The notes: a model not told the origin generated them from the letters alone. Positions 39,674-50,070 are shown, counted from the first letter of the stretch. The stretch is DNA of 64,000 nucleotides from an uncultured Collinsella sp. (GCA_900540855.1 UQHK01000007.1:20302-84301); one strand, 5' to 3'. Numbers and translations: made by a program.

Positions 39674-41299
39674 ATGGACGTCCGTGCGGACGGCGATATT
39701 GCCGAGAACTTTTGGTGGCGGCGTACAACGCTGGCGCGTCGCAGCCCCCTGTATGACGCCTGCGTATCGGCGGGGCTGCTGGTCGCGGCGACGATTGTGG
39801 GCGCGCTGCTCGACCGCCCCGGTCTTGCGCCGAGTATCATGATCGTTTATGTGTTTGCCGTGCAGCTGTGCGCCTTTTTCACCTGGAGCCGCCTGTATTG
39901 CTTGCTGAGCTCGGCTGCCGCCGTGGCGCTCTACAACTTCTTGTTTGTCGACCCGCGCTGCTCGCTGTCGTTTATCGACCGCGTCTATCCCGGCATGTTC
40001 TTCATTATGTTTGCGGTCTCGCTCGTATCGAGCTCGATCGCACTGGCCCTGCGCCGCGCCTTGGCACAGGCTGCCGCTAGCGACCGCCGCACGCATATGG
40101 TGCTTGAGACCAACCGCATGCTGCAGCGGTGCGCCGATCAGCAGCAGATTGTCCATGCTATGGCAACGCAACTGGCGCGTCTTTCGGACTGTTCGGTCGT
40201 GTGGTATAGCGCCGATGCCGACGACGATGACCTGCTGCCGCGCACGACGTACACGGCCGTGGGCGATGCCGCGCCGGTGCACCAGTTGGCGCCCCAGATG
40301 CCGGCGCGGCTCTCGGCATCCGCCTATGTGGGAACGCCACTCGATGCCACCTATGGCGCTTCGGCGTTCTACGGCATATACCTGACCGTGCGCTCGGGTG
40401 ACACCATGGTGCGCGCGGGCGATCCCGCCTCGGTGGTGGGGGTGCTCGCCATTGTCGCCGAGCCCGATGCGCTGACGCCCGAGGAACGGACGCTTGCCGA
40501 TGCCATCGTGAGCGAAGGCGAGCTGGCGCTCGATCGCGCCCGCGCCATGGAGGCCCGCGAGGAAGCGGCGGTGCTCGCTAAAAACGAGCAGCTGCGCGCC
40601 AACTTGCTGCGCTCCATCTCGCACGATTTGCGCACGCCGCTTACCAGCATTTCGGGCAATGCCGACGTGCTGCTCGATCAGGGCTCGACCGGCACCGCGG
40701 TGCTCGATGCCCAGACGCGCCGCGGCCTGCTTCTATCCATTCGCTCGGATGCGCTGTGGCTCAACGCCACCGTCGAGAATCTGCTCGCCATCACCAAGCT
40801 CGAGGGTGGCGGTATGCGTCTGTCGACCACGCTCGAGCTCATGGACGATATTGTCGAGGAGGCACTGCGCCACGTAAATCCGGCCGTGCGCGAGCACGAC
40901 CTTAAGGTGGTGGCGTGCGATGAGCCGGCGCTCGTTAACGTCGATGCACGCCTGATGGTGCAGCTGGTGGTTAATCTGGTGAACAACGCCATCACCTATA
41001 CGCCCGCGGGCTCGCATATCATGATTTCGATTAGCGTCGACGATGGACGCGTGGCGTGCTCGGTGGCCGATGATGGTCCGGGCATCGCACCCGAGGATCG
41101 CGAGCGGATCTTCGAGTCGTTCTATACCGCCAACCATGGTCTGGCCGACAGCCACCGCAGCGTTGGCCTGGGTCTTTCGCTCTGCCGTTCCATTGCGTTG
41201 GCACATGGCGGTAGCATAGAGGTTGCCGCGGCGGACCCGCACGGCTCGGTCTTTACGATTGAGCTTCCCGCCGCCGATGTTTCGTTTGATAAGGAGTAG
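39674..41299 (+). CDS. KdpD-like sensor histidine kinase (C-terminal membrane/GAF/HisKA/HATPase half; the N-terminal KdpD sensor domain is absent)
   Basis: Four TM helices carrying the LYNFLFVDP motif. H-box LLRSISHDLRTPLTSI. G-boxes. 541 aa. Confidence 0.8.
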   Translation: MDVRADGDIAENFWWRRTTLARRSPLYDACVSAGLLVAATIVGALLDRPGLAPSIMIVYVFAVQLCAFFTWSRLYCLLSSAAAVALYNFLFVDPRCSLSFIDRVYPGMFFIMFAVSLVSSSIALALRRALAQAAASDRRTHMVLETNRMLQRCADQQQIVHAMATQLARLSDCSVVWYSADADDDDLLPRTTYTAVGDAAPVHQLAPQMPARLSASAYVGTPLDATYGASAFYGIYLTVRSGDTMVRAGDPASVVGVLAIVAEPDALTPEERTLADAIVSEGELALDRARAMEAREEAAVLAKNEQLRANLLRSISHDLRTPLTSISGNADVLLDQGSTGTAVLDAQTRRGLLLSIRSDALWLNATVENLLAITKLEGGGMRLSTTLELMDDIVEEALRHVNPAVREHDLKVVACDEPALVNVDARLMVQLVVNLVNNAITYTPAGSHIMISISVDDGRVACSVADDGPGIAPEDRERIFESFYTANHGLADSHRSVGLGLSLCRSIALAHGGSIEVAAADPHGSVFTIELPAADVSFDKE

Positions 41300-41303
41300 C
41301 GCT

Positions 41304-42017
41304 GTGCCGAACTCTGCCGTAAAACCGCTCATCTTAGTCGTTGAGGACGACCCCGCCGTTCGCAATCTTATTGTTGCCGCGCTCGAGGCGCACGGCTTGC
41401 GCCATATGGCCGTGGAGACCGCCCATGCCGCCATCGCCGCCGCCTCATCGCAGGCGCCGAGCATTGTGCTGCTCGATCTGGGCCTGCCCGATATGGACGG
41501 CGTCAAGGTGGTGGAGTCGGTGCGCGCATGGTCGGGCATGCCGATCATCGTGGTTTCGGCGCGCAGCGAGGACGCGGACAAGATCCGAGCGCTCGATGCC
41601 GGCGCCGATGACTACCTGACTAAGCCGTTTTCGGTCGAGGAGCTGCTCGCGCGCATTCGCACCACGCTCAGGCGCCTTTCGTATGCGCAGGCGGGCGGTG
41701 TTGTCTCCGAGGGCTCGTTCGATACCGGCGAGTTGCATATCGATTTTGATGCCGGCATCGCCACGATGGATGGCGAGGAACTGCATCTGACGCCGATCGA
41801 GTACAAGCTCTTGTGCCTGCTGGCACACAACGCCGACAAGGTGCTGACGCACCAGTTTATCCTGCACGAGATTTGGGGCACGGCGACCAAGAGTGACCTG
41901 GCGAGCCTGCGTGTCTTTATGGGTACGCTGCGCAAGAAGATCGAGTCCGACCCCGCGCACCCGCGCTATATCCAGACGCACGTGGGCATTGGCTACCGGC
42001 TGGTCACCCAAGGCTAG
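41304..42017 (+). CDS. OmpR-family response regulator (KdpE-like)
   Basis: Receiver domain with LILVVEDDP...LDLGLPDMDG, plus a winged-helix output domain. GTG start is 7 nt after the RBS aaggag. Confidence 0.85.
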   Translation: MPNSAVKPLILVVEDDPAVRNLIVAALEAHGLRHMAVETAHAAIAAASSQAPSIVLLDLGLPDMDGVKVVESVRAWSGMPIIVVSARSEDADKIRALDAGADDYLTKPFSVEELLARIRTTLRRLSYAQAGGVVSEGSFDTGELHIDFDAGIATMDGEELHLTPIEYKLLCLLAHNADKVLTHQFILHEIWGTATKSDLASLRVFMGTLRKKIESDPAHPRYIQTHVGIGYRLVTQG

Positions 42018-42041
42018 ATCGCCAACCGCCATCCCAATATG

Positions 42042-42099
42042 AGTTGCGGTGAAATACGGTCTAAATTTGCCTAATTCCAGGCAAAACAGTCCGTATTCC
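42042..42099 (+). repeat. repeat family B copy 2
   Basis: agttgcggtgaaatacgg ... ccgtattccaccgcaactt. Confidence 0.75.
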
Positions 42100-42111
42100 A
42101 CCGCAACTTTG

Positions 42112-44679
42112 TTATTTGCCCTTGGGCTTGCTGGCGTAGAACTTCTTCTTTTTGGGCTTGCCGGCGGGGAAGGGCTTGCCGGCAAAGTTGGACTTGCCGT
42201 TGCCGGCCTGCGCGTGCGCGGGTGCTGCCGCACGTGTCTTGCGGGCCTCGGGGTTGCGCAGTTCCTCGACGCGCTCGGCAATTTCCTCGGCGCTAAAGCC
42301 GACCTCGGCCATGGCGTCCTCGATGGGCAGGCGGCGCACGATGTAGCAGTGGTGCACTTTCTGGTTGCGCGCGAAGTCCTCGGGGATGGTCTGCGCCGTA
42401 ATGTCCTCCAGCACCACGCCCGCGCGGGCGAGCTTGCGCGTTTCGGGGCGGAAGCCGCGCAGGTTGCAGCTAAAGATGGCATGGCCGCCCTGCGCGAGCA
42501 GGCGCGATACGCCGGCCAAAAGCTCAACATGGTCGCGCTGGACATCCCAGGTGCGACGGCCCATCTTGGACGAGTTCGAAAACGTGGGCGGGTCGACAAA
42601 GATCAGGTCCCAGCGGTTGCGCGTCTGGCGCTGGTCGCGAATCCAGGCGAGCACGTCGTCGCGCACAAAATGATGCTGAGGCCCCACAAAGCCGTTCTGG
42701 CGCATGTTGCGCTCGGCCCAGTCCAGGTAGGTGTTGGAAAGGTCGACCGTCACGGTCTCCTCGACGCCGCCATCGGCCGCGTAGCAGGTGGCGGTGCCGG
42801 TGTAGGCGAACAGGTTGAGGAAGCGGCGCGCCTGCTTGGCGTGCTCGCGCACCAGGTTGCGGGTGACGCGGTGGTCCAAGAAGATGCCGACGTCCAGGTA
42901 GTCGTCAAAGTTGACGGCAAAGGTGAGGCCGCCCTCTTCGATGAGCGGCAGGCGACGACGCGCGATATTGCCGCGCTCGCCCGAGCCGCCCTTGCCGGCG
43001 CCCTGCTTGCCGTACTGCGAGCCGCCGCGCGAACGCATGCGGGCCTTGGCGTGCACATGCTCGGCGGGAACATCTAGGATGCGCGGCGCGATGGCCAGAA
43101 TGTCGAGCATACGGGCCTGGGCCAGTGCGGGGTCGATGGTCTTGGGCGCGGCGTATTCGGCGATGACGAGCCAGCGGCCCGGCGTCTGCGGGCAACCCTC
43201 GTACAGGTCGATAGCGGCGGAGTAGTCGGGCAGGTCGGCATCGTAGACGCGGTAGCAGCTCACGCCCTCGCGCCTGGCCCACTTGCGGCGCAGACGGGCA
43301 TTCTTGCGCAGGCGGTTGGCGAACTGCTCGGACTCGGGGATGAGCACGGGCAGCGGCTTGCCGTCGCCCAGGTCGAGCATGGCGGCAGGCTCGGGCATGG
43401 CGGAAGCGGCGGCTTCATCGTTGACTTCGTTGGCATCCGCAGCCTCGGCCTCGGCATCCGCACTGGTCGCAGCCTCAAACGCTGCGGCGGCGTGGTCGAG
43501 CGAAGGCCAGACTTCGATGGTCGCCTCTTCGTTGTTGGGCATGACGGCGATCGAGCGCTCGGGCTCGGTGTGGAGCGCGCGGGCCAGCAATCCGTCGCGG
43601 GTGAGCGCGGCGACCGGCGCCGCGGCAAGCTCGGGCGCGCGGCGCAACTCGCCGATGAGCGTCATGGTGTCATGCATGAGCGAAAGCGGTGTCTCGGTCG
43701 TATCCGCGACCACGGCGGCGCCGGCGACAGCGCCCGCGTGGTCCAGTACGGTGGCGGACTTGGTGGCGCAAAAATCGACAAAGCGCTTGTAGCCGGCACA
43801 TTTAACCATGCGCTCAGCGGTCTTGCGGGCGGCGGGGTCAACATCCACGGCCACGATGCGCGCCTGGCGCTCGCGCGCTGCCGCCTCGCGCTCGCGCGCC
43901 TCGGCAAGCAGCTGCTCCCACAGGGCGGCATCGTGCAGCTGCCAGCCCTCAAAGCCCCAGCGCTCGCGTGTGGCGCCCGGGGCGCGGTCGGTCAGAATGT
44001 TCACGGCCTCCAGCAGCAGACCGCCGCCGGCGCACGAGGCATCGATCAGCGTGGGAAGGGCTTCGTTCTCGTAATCGTCGGCCGTCAGCTCGCGCTCGCA
44101 TAGTGCGGTCCAGCCGACCTGCGCCAGCACCAGGGCGGCGTAGTCGGGGCGCAACACGTGTGCGCCCTCGCCGGCACGAGTCGCAGCGGGCGGCAGGCGT
44201 TTGAACAGCGGGTCGCCCGAAAGGTCCAGGCTTATGCTCGCGCGGCGCTGACGCAGCGAAAGCAGTAGGTGAACATCGGGGTCGGCGGCATCGACGTCGG
44301 CGCGACGGCCCGTGGTCTCGGCCAGACGGTCGCACAGCGCGTCCTTGGCGCGCAGGGCCGAGAAGCGCGCGTTGCGCAGCTGCTCGGTCACGCCGCGGGC
44401 GGTGATGGCGATGGTGGCGCCGGGGCGGACGATGCTTTCCCAGGCGATGTCGTAAACGCCGTCGTACAACTCATCGGCATCCTGCGCCTCAAAGCGCCCA
44501 AGCACTACAAACACGCGGCTGGCCAGGCGCGACCACAGACAGGCGCGGTAGCCCTCTTCGAGCTCGCCCTCAAACGTAGCGCGGCCCTTCAGGCGGCGGA
44601 CATGCGAAAGCCCGAGGCGTTTAAGCTCATCGGCGAGTGCGGACTCAAAGCCCTCGGGGCAGCTTGCGTAAAATTCCAT
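42112..44679 (-). CDS. rlmKL: bifunctional 23S rRNA (guanine-N2/N7)-methyltransferase RlmKL-like, with long insertions and a Lys-rich C-terminal tail
   Basis: N-terminal THUMP/RlmL-like region (MEFYASCPEGFE..) and a C-terminal SAM-methyltransferase. 855 aa. Confidence 0.7.
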   Translation of the reverse strand: MEFYASCPEGFESALADELKRLGLSHVRRLKGRATFEGELEEGYRACLWSRLASRVFVVLGRFEAQDADELYDGVYDIAWESIVRPGATIAITARGVTEQLRNARFSALRAKDALCDRLAETTGRRADVDAADPDVHLLLSLRQRRASISLDLSGDPLFKRLPPAATRAGEGAHVLRPDYAALVLAQVGWTALCERELTADDYENEALPTLIDASCAGGGLLLEAVNILTDRAPGATRERWGFEGWQLHDAALWEQLLAEAREREAAARERQARIVAVDVDPAARKTAERMVKCAGYKRFVDFCATKSATVLDHAGAVAGAAVVADTTETPLSLMHDTMTLIGELRRAPELAAAPVAALTRDGLLARALHTEPERSIAVMPNNEEATIEVWPSLDHAAAAFEAATSADAEAEAADANEVNDEAAASAMPEPAAMLDLGDGKPLPVLIPESEQFANRLRKNARLRRKWARREGVSCYRVYDADLPDYSAAIDLYEGCPQTPGRWLVIAEYAAPKTIDPALAQARMLDILAIAPRILDVPAEHVHAKARMRSRGGSQYGKQGAGKGGSGERGNIARRRLPLIEEGGLTFAVNFDDYLDVGIFLDHRVTRNLVREHAKQARRFLNLFAYTGTATCYAADGGVEETVTVDLSNTYLDWAERNMRQNGFVGPQHHFVRDDVLAWIRDQRQTRNRWDLIFVDPPTFSNSSKMGRRTWDVQRDHVELLAGVSRLLAQGGHAIFSCNLRGFRPETRKLARAGVVLEDITAQTIPEDFARNQKVHHCYIVRRLPIEDAMAEVGFSAEEIAERVEELRNPEARKTRAAAPAHAQAGNGKSNFAGKPFPAGKPKKKKFYASKPKGK

Positions 44680-44754
44680 GGGTGACCTCTCTGGTTGCGT
44701 CGCTCCATTATATGATGGATGCTTCGTTTGCCCTTATCCTCGAAAGGAACCCAT

Positions 44755-45582
44755 ATGATTGATGCGTGCCCCGAATCCGCTGTGCTCTTTTTTGACGTGG
44801 ACGGCACGCTAACGTCGTTCGATCCCGACGATATGACCGATAAGGACTTCAATGCAATCCATCCGTCGAAGGCCGTTGTCGATGCATTTGGTCGCCTGCG
44901 CAATGCGGGTCACCGGGCATTTATCTGCACGGGCCGCCCCCTGTGGCTGGTTGCCGATGGTCTGCGTGCCCTGAATCCGGCGGGCATCGTTGCCATGGCG
45001 GGCGCCACGCTCGAGGTCGAGGGCCGCATGGTGCATGAGGACTGCTTTGATGAGGACATTGTTGAGGAGCTCGCGCGTCGCATTACTGTGGCGGGCGGCG
45101 AGGCGTTGTTCGAGACGAACGGTGCCACCTATTCACTTGAGCCAGTTGGTGTCGAACAGTCATTTCTGCTAGGCGCCGGCGTGGTGCATGACGTTGATCA
45201 GATGCGCGTCGACGGCCGTCTGCGCGTAGGCAAGGTGTGCATTAACGCGAGCGACCTGGCTCGCGTGGCCAACGACGATGGCTTTATCGAGCGCGAGTTT
45301 GAGCTGTGCAACACCGGTGGTCAGAATCGCGAGCTGAGCCCCAAGGGCATTGACAAAGGTGTGGGCGTGGCGCGGGCGCTGGAGTATCTGGGTCGCGCGG
45401 GAAATGCGCGCACCTTTGGCTTTGGCGATTCGGGCAACGACCTGGGCATGCTCGCTGCGGTCGAGACAGCTGTCGCCATGGGCAACGCCATGCCCGAGGT
45501 CAAGGCGGTCGCCGACTACGTGACCGACGATGTCGCACACGACGGTACCGTCACAGCGATGCAGCATTTTGGGTTGATTTAA
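44755..45582 (+). CDS. Cof-type HAD-IIB family hydrolase
   Basis: FFDVDGTL motif I and FGDSGND motif. 275 aa. Confidence 0.8.
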   Translation: MIDACPESAVLFFDVDGTLTSFDPDDMTDKDFNAIHPSKAVVDAFGRLRNAGHRAFICTGRPLWLVADGLRALNPAGIVAMAGATLEVEGRMVHEDCFDEDIVEELARRITVAGGEALFETNGATYSLEPVGVEQSFLLGAGVVHDVDQMRVDGRLRVGKVCINASDLARVANDDGFIEREFELCNTGGQNRELSPKGIDKGVGVARALEYLGRAGNARTFGFGDSGNDLGMLAAVETAVAMGNAMPEVKAVADYVTDDVAHDGTVTAMQHFGLI

Positions 45583-45583
45583 T

Positions 45584-45624
45584 AAATGGCCGGGTCGCCC
45601 GCAGTGGGGGCGACCCGGCCATTT
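45584..45624. terminator. bidirectional terminator hairpin between convergent genes
   Basis: aaatggccgggtcgcccgc-agtg-ggggcgacccggccattt. Confidence 0.65.
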
Positions 45625-45627
45625 GAG

Positions 45628-46419
45628 CTATTTTGCAATATAGAGCTTGGGATGACTGTGACTGCCCTCGATCGCCGCCGTCATGATGCCCTCGTCGTCT
45701 CCATCAACGATGATGCCGTCGAGGTCATCGATCTGCGCGGACTGATAAAAACTGGTCTTGTTGAACTTTCCCTGGTCAACCATCATGTAGCCCTGGTTTG
45801 AGTTGGTAAGGTACATATGCTTGATCATGGCCGAGAAGTCGTGTTCGACGGTAAAACCGTGGCCGGGGTGGAATCCGTCGGCACTGACAAACGCCTTGTC
45901 GGCATGTAGTTTGCTCATGCAGTCGAGCGTTAGTGCGCCCGCGAGATAGAGGTGCCCCTTGCGCACGGAGCCGCCCAGCAGCACTACCGAAGCATTGGGA
46001 AGATTGAAGCTGGCGTAGTTCGCGATTGCAAGATCGCCGGTGATAATGGTGATCTCACGCTTGTCCATGAGGGCCTTAGCGAAGTAAAAGCCTGTGGTGC
46101 CGATATCAATTACCAGAACATCGCCATCATCAACAAGAGTTGCTGCGGTTGCGGCGATGGCCTCCTTGGCCTCGACTTGGACATTGATGCGCTCCTCGGG
46201 ATACGAGATTGCGTTGGAGCGAGAAAGCGATACCGCTCCGCCGCGTACGCGACGCAGCTTGCCTTCGGATTCCAGCGAGATGAGGTCGTGTCGTGCGGTG
46301 ACTTCCGAAACCGAAAAACGGCGAACGATGTCGGATACCGAGATATTTGGCTTTTCGGCCAGCCAATTCATGATAAATCGCTGACGCTCGGCCGGTGAAA
46401 GGTCTGAAGTAGATGCCAT
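45628..46419 (-). CDS. DeoR/GlpR-family transcriptional regulator
   Basis: N-terminal HTH (IVRRFSVSEVTARHDLISLESEGKL) plus a DeoR C-terminal sensor domain. RBS aaaggag upstream. Lower GC. Confidence 0.85.
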   Translation of the reverse strand: MASTSDLSPAERQRFIMNWLAEKPNISVSDIVRRFSVSEVTARHDLISLESEGKLRRVRGGAVSLSRSNAISYPEERINVQVEAKEAIAATAATLVDDGDVLVIDIGTTGFYFAKALMDKREITIITGDLAIANYASFNLPNASVVLLGGSVRKGHLYLAGALTLDCMSKLHADKAFVSADGFHPGHGFTVEHDFSAMIKHMYLTNSNQGYMMVDQGKFNKTSFYQSAQIDDLDGIIVDGDDEGIMTAAIEGSHSHPKLYIAK

Positions 46420-46663
46420 ATGCCGCTCCTTTTGAACAAAAGGTAAAAGATGCGCCTTTCGTAATCGAAATATAACGTATCGATATGAAAAGAACAAGGC
46501 AAATTCGAATGAATCAAAAGAACGGAATGGCATGTCACAAATGCATGCGTAGCAGATAGTTCGCACGTAAACGGGCTATAAAGAGTCTCATTCTGAAGGT
46601 GCCGCCCAAAAGAAGTACGTTCACGCCCGATATTCGACCGTTCACGGAAAGTTGACAATTGAG

Positions 46664-46739
46664 CTTTCGATAGCTTTTGAAATGGTTTATAAAAGAAAAC
46701 CGAAAAGCTTTTGAAACAAAGAAGAAGGCTTTCGATAGC
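46664..46739 (+). promoter_or_regulatory. putative DeoR operator repeats and promoter region (TTGACA at 46652-46657) upstream of the PTS operon
   Basis: ctttcgatagc occurs at 46664 and 46729. agcttttgaaa occurs at 46672 and 46706. AT-rich 350-bp divergent region. Confidence 0.35.
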
Positions 46740-46767
46740 AATAGTGTTAGATGAGAAAGGACCGAAC

Positions 46768-47478
46768 ATGGCGATCAAGGTGTTTGCCGACGGCGCTAAC
46801 CTCGAGGGTATGCTTGACATGCATGACAATGGCAACGTTCAGGGCTTCACGACCAATCCTTCCCTTATGAAGGCCGGCGGCGTGACCGACTACCGCGCTT
46901 TTGCCAAGACGGTTCTTGAGCACATTACTGATGTGTCGGTCTCTTTTGAGGTATTCGCCGACGACGAGGCGGGTATGGAAGCCGAGGCTCGCGAGATCGC
47001 AACCTGGGCAGACAACGTCTACGTTAAGATCCCGGCGCTCAACACCAAGGGTGAGTCCACTGCCGCGCTGGTCAAGCGCCTTTCTGCCGACGGCATCAAG
47101 GTGAATGTCACCACTATCTTCACGCCCGAGCAGGTCGACGAGTTTGTCGATGCCGTCTCTGCTGAGACCCCCTCTATTCTGTCCATCTTTGCCGGTCGCA
47201 TTGCCGATACCGGCGTCGATCCGCTGCCCCTCATGGCGGAGTCCGTAAAGAAGGCTGCCGTTAAGCCTGCTGCCGAGGTTCTCTGGGCGTCTACGCGCGA
47301 GGTCCTCAATATCTTCCAGGCGGAGTCCGTTGGCTGTCAGATCATTACGGTCCCCAATGCCCTTCTTGCCAAGCGCAAGAATTTCGGGAAAGATTTGCTT
47401 GAGTACTCGCTTGATACGGTCAAGGGCTTTGCCCGCGACATTCAGGCGCTTGGTTTTCATATCCTGCCCGAGGAGTAG
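46768..47478 (+). CDS. transaldolase-family protein (Fsa/TalC-like), paralog 1
   Basis: MAIKVFADGANLEGML N-terminus and TNPSL motif. 236 aa. Confidence 0.8.
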   Translation: MAIKVFADGANLEGMLDMHDNGNVQGFTTNPSLMKAGGVTDYRAFAKTVLEHITDVSVSFEVFADDEAGMEAEAREIATWADNVYVKIPALNTKGESTAALVKRLSADGIKVNVTTIFTPEQVDEFVDAVSAETPSILSIFAGRIADTGVDPLPLMAESVKKAAVKPAAEVLWASTREVLNIFQAESVGCQIITVPNALLAKRKNFGKDLLEYSLDTVKGFARDIQALGFHILPEE

Positions 47479-47487
47479 GGGACGAGC

Positions 47488-47934
47488 ATGCTGACCGATC
47501 TTCTTAAGCCCGAGCTTGTTGCCTGCCACGTCGAGGCCTCCGACTGGGAGGAAGCGATCAAGGCATGCGGTAAGTTGCTCGTAGACGCTGGCAAATGCGA
47601 CCAGAGCTATGTTGACGCCATGATTTCATCGGTTCACAAATTCGGCCCCTATATGGTCTTGGAAGAGGGCATCGCCATGCCCCACGCTCAGGCAGATGGC
47701 AATGTGAGTGAAGCGGGGATCTGTATCGTCACGCTTGACCCTGCCATTGCGTTTGGACACGAGGATTTCGATCCGGTTCACGTGCTCGTGGGTATTTGCG
47801 CACCCGACCCCAAGGCTCATCTTGGCTGCTTGGCGGAGCTTTCGCAGATGTTCGAGGACGAGGACTGCGTTGCCAAGCTCAGCGCATGCGATACGCCCGA
47901 GCAGGTTTTGGAGACCATGCGTTCATTCTTTTAG
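47488..47934 (+). CDS. PTS ascorbate-family EIIA component
   Basis: GIAMPHAQ motif. 148 aa. Confidence 0.8.
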   Translation: MLTDLLKPELVACHVEASDWEEAIKACGKLLVDAGKCDQSYVDAMISSVHKFGPYMVLEEGIAMPHAQADGNVSEAGICIVTLDPAIAFGHEDFDPVHVLVGICAPDPKAHLGCLAELSQMFEDEDCVAKLSACDTPEQVLETMRSFF

Positions 47935-48009
47935 GCCTTAATGGCACGGCGATGCGTCGCCGCTTTTGGATAGACGGAAAACCGTCACGTGTAGGAGAGG
48001 AAGGTTGCC

Positions 48010-48285
48010 ATGCATATCATCACCGTATGCGGAAACGGCATCGGGTCCAGCCTGATGCTCGCTGGCAAAGTCGAGGAGCTTTGCGAGGAGGAGGGCATCA
48101 AGGCCGACGTTGAGTCTATGGACCTGAACGGTGCTTCTTCCGCAAATCCGGATCTGTTCATCACCGTTAAAGAACTCGCCCCCGAGCTCCACGGCAACGT
48201 TGTGATCGTTCGCAGCTATGTGAACAAGAAGAAGATCCGCGAAGACGCCCTCGAGGCAATCAAGGCGGCCGCCGCTAACGCCTAA
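48010..48285 (+). CDS. PTS ascorbate-family EIIB component
   Basis: ITVCGNGIGSS active-site Cys motif. 91 aa. Confidence 0.8.
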   Translation: MHIITVCGNGIGSSLMLAGKVEELCEEEGIKADVESMDLNGASSANPDLFITVKELAPELHGNVVIVRSYVNKKKIREDALEAIKAAAANA

Positions 48286-48356
48286 AGCGGCACAAAAAAG
48301 GGCGGTTCCCTGTGGAAGAGGGAAACGCGCCCGCGTTAGAGAGAAAGGAAGCGCAG

Positions 48357-49748
48357 ATGCAAGCCATCCTTCCCATACTTGAGTTTATCCAATCGATTCT
48401 GACCAAGCCAGCGTGGATTATGGGTCTATTTGCCTTTGTGGGCCTTGTCGCGCTTAAGCGTCCTGCCCACAAGGTGATGACGGGCACCCTGAAGCCCATT
48501 CTTGGTTACATCATGCTGTCCGCCGGCGCCGCTGTTGTTCAGGAGAACCTTGCTCCGCTGGGCACCTTCATCGAGACCGGTTTCCACATCACCGGCGTCG
48601 TGCCCAACAACGAGGTCGTCGTTTCGATGGCTCAGAGCGTCCTCGGCGTTCAGACCATGATGATCCTGATTCTCGGCTATGTCGTGAACATTATCATTGC
48701 CCGCTTTACCAAGTTTAAGTACATCTTCCTGACGGGCCATCACAGCATGTTTATGGCCTGCCTGCTGTCTGCCGTTCTGCAGGCATCTGGCTTCCAGGAT
48801 GTCCAGCTTGTCATCGTGGGCGGCATGTTCCTGGGCCTCGTGAGCGCCATGCTTCCCGCCGTTGGTCAGCGTTTCACCGAGAAGGTTACCGATGGCGATG
48901 AAATCGCCATGGGCCACTTCGGTTCACTCGCCTATTACATCTCCGCTGCAGTCGGTACGCTTTTTGCTAAGGACGCCGAGGAGAACAGCACCGAGAAGAT
49001 CGAGGTTCCCGAGAAGTTCGCCTTCCTGCGCGACACTACCATCTCCACGGCTCTTACCATGGCCTTCTTCTACCTGGTTACCGCTTTCGCCGCTTACATC
49101 GCAGATCCTGCGGTCGTTACCAAGACCGCTGGCGGTGACAATGTAATCGTCTATGCCCTGACTTGTGCCCTGTCCTTCGCCGTCGGTGTCACTATCGTCT
49201 ACAACGGCGTTCGTATGATCCTTGCCGACCTGGTCCCGGCTTTCCAGGGCATCTCCAACAAGCTGATCCCCGGTGCCATCCCCGCCGTCGACTGCGCCGT
49301 CTTCTTCCCCTATGCTCCCACCGCCGTCATCCTCGGCTTTGTCGCATCCTTCATCGGTGGCGTGGTCGGTATGTTCATCGTGGGCGCTACCCTGGGCATC
49401 TTCATCATCCCGGGCATGGTTCCCCACTTCTTCTGCGGTGCTACCGCAGGCATCTACGGCAATGCTACCGGCGGTCGCAAGGGCGCAGCTCTTGGCGCTT
49501 TCGTCAACGGCCTGCTCATCACCTTCGCCCCGGCCCTGCTCCTGCCCGTTCTTGACGTCTTTGGCTTCAAGAACACTACGTTCGGCGACTTCGATTTCTC
49601 CGTCATTGGTATTACGCTTGGCCGCGCTGCCGAGGCCTTCGGTACCACCGGTGTCTACGCGATTCTTGCTGTACTTCTGATCGTCGCCTTCGTTCCCAAC
49701 TTCATCCACACCAAGGGTGCTGTGATTAACCACGTTGAGGAAGAGTAA
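48357..49748 (+). CDS. PTS ascorbate-family EIIC permease (UlaA/SgaT-like)
   Basis: 463 aa polytopic membrane protein. RBS gagaaaggaag upstream. Confidence 0.8.
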   Translation: MQAILPILEFIQSILTKPAWIMGLFAFVGLVALKRPAHKVMTGTLKPILGYIMLSAGAAVVQENLAPLGTFIETGFHITGVVPNNEVVVSMAQSVLGVQTMMILILGYVVNIIIARFTKFKYIFLTGHHSMFMACLLSAVLQASGFQDVQLVIVGGMFLGLVSAMLPAVGQRFTEKVTDGDEIAMGHFGSLAYYISAAVGTLFAKDAEENSTEKIEVPEKFAFLRDTTISTALTMAFFYLVTAFAAYIADPAVVTKTAGGDNVIVYALTCALSFAVGVTIVYNGVRMILADLVPAFQGISNKLIPGAIPAVDCAVFFPYAPTAVILGFVASFIGGVVGMFIVGATLGIFIIPGMVPHFFCGATAGIYGNATGGRKGAALGAFVNGLLITFAPALLLPVLDVFGFKNTTFGDFDFSVIGITLGRAAEAFGTTGVYAILAVLLIVAFVPNFIHTKGAVINHVEEE

Positions 49749-49805
49749 TCCAGGCATACGTTAAGCCCTAATCGGGCGGAGCTCCGATAACCGGCTCCTA
49801 CACGG

Positions 49806-49848
49806 AAGCGGTGACGTCTCAAATGAGGCGTCACCGCTTTTTGTTTTG
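49806..49848 (+). terminator. rho-independent terminator of the PTS operon
   Basis: aagcggtgacgtctc-aaat-gaggcgtcaccgcttttt. Confidence 0.75.
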
Positions 49849-50070
49849 GAGTGGTTATGAAAACGCGCCGTGAAGCGTTGTCTCTGCGCCGCGAACGGAA
49901 TCAACCGCGATGATCAGCAAAAACGTTTTGCCGCTGGGGTGTCGATATAAAATGGTAAAACTGCAAAACCGTTCGCCGAGAAGATAAAAAACCGCAGTTC
50001 ACGTCTTGATAAACGTAGGTAAAGTGTTTAGCAGCTTAACGCCCATATGCAAACGAAAGGAATCAGGCAG

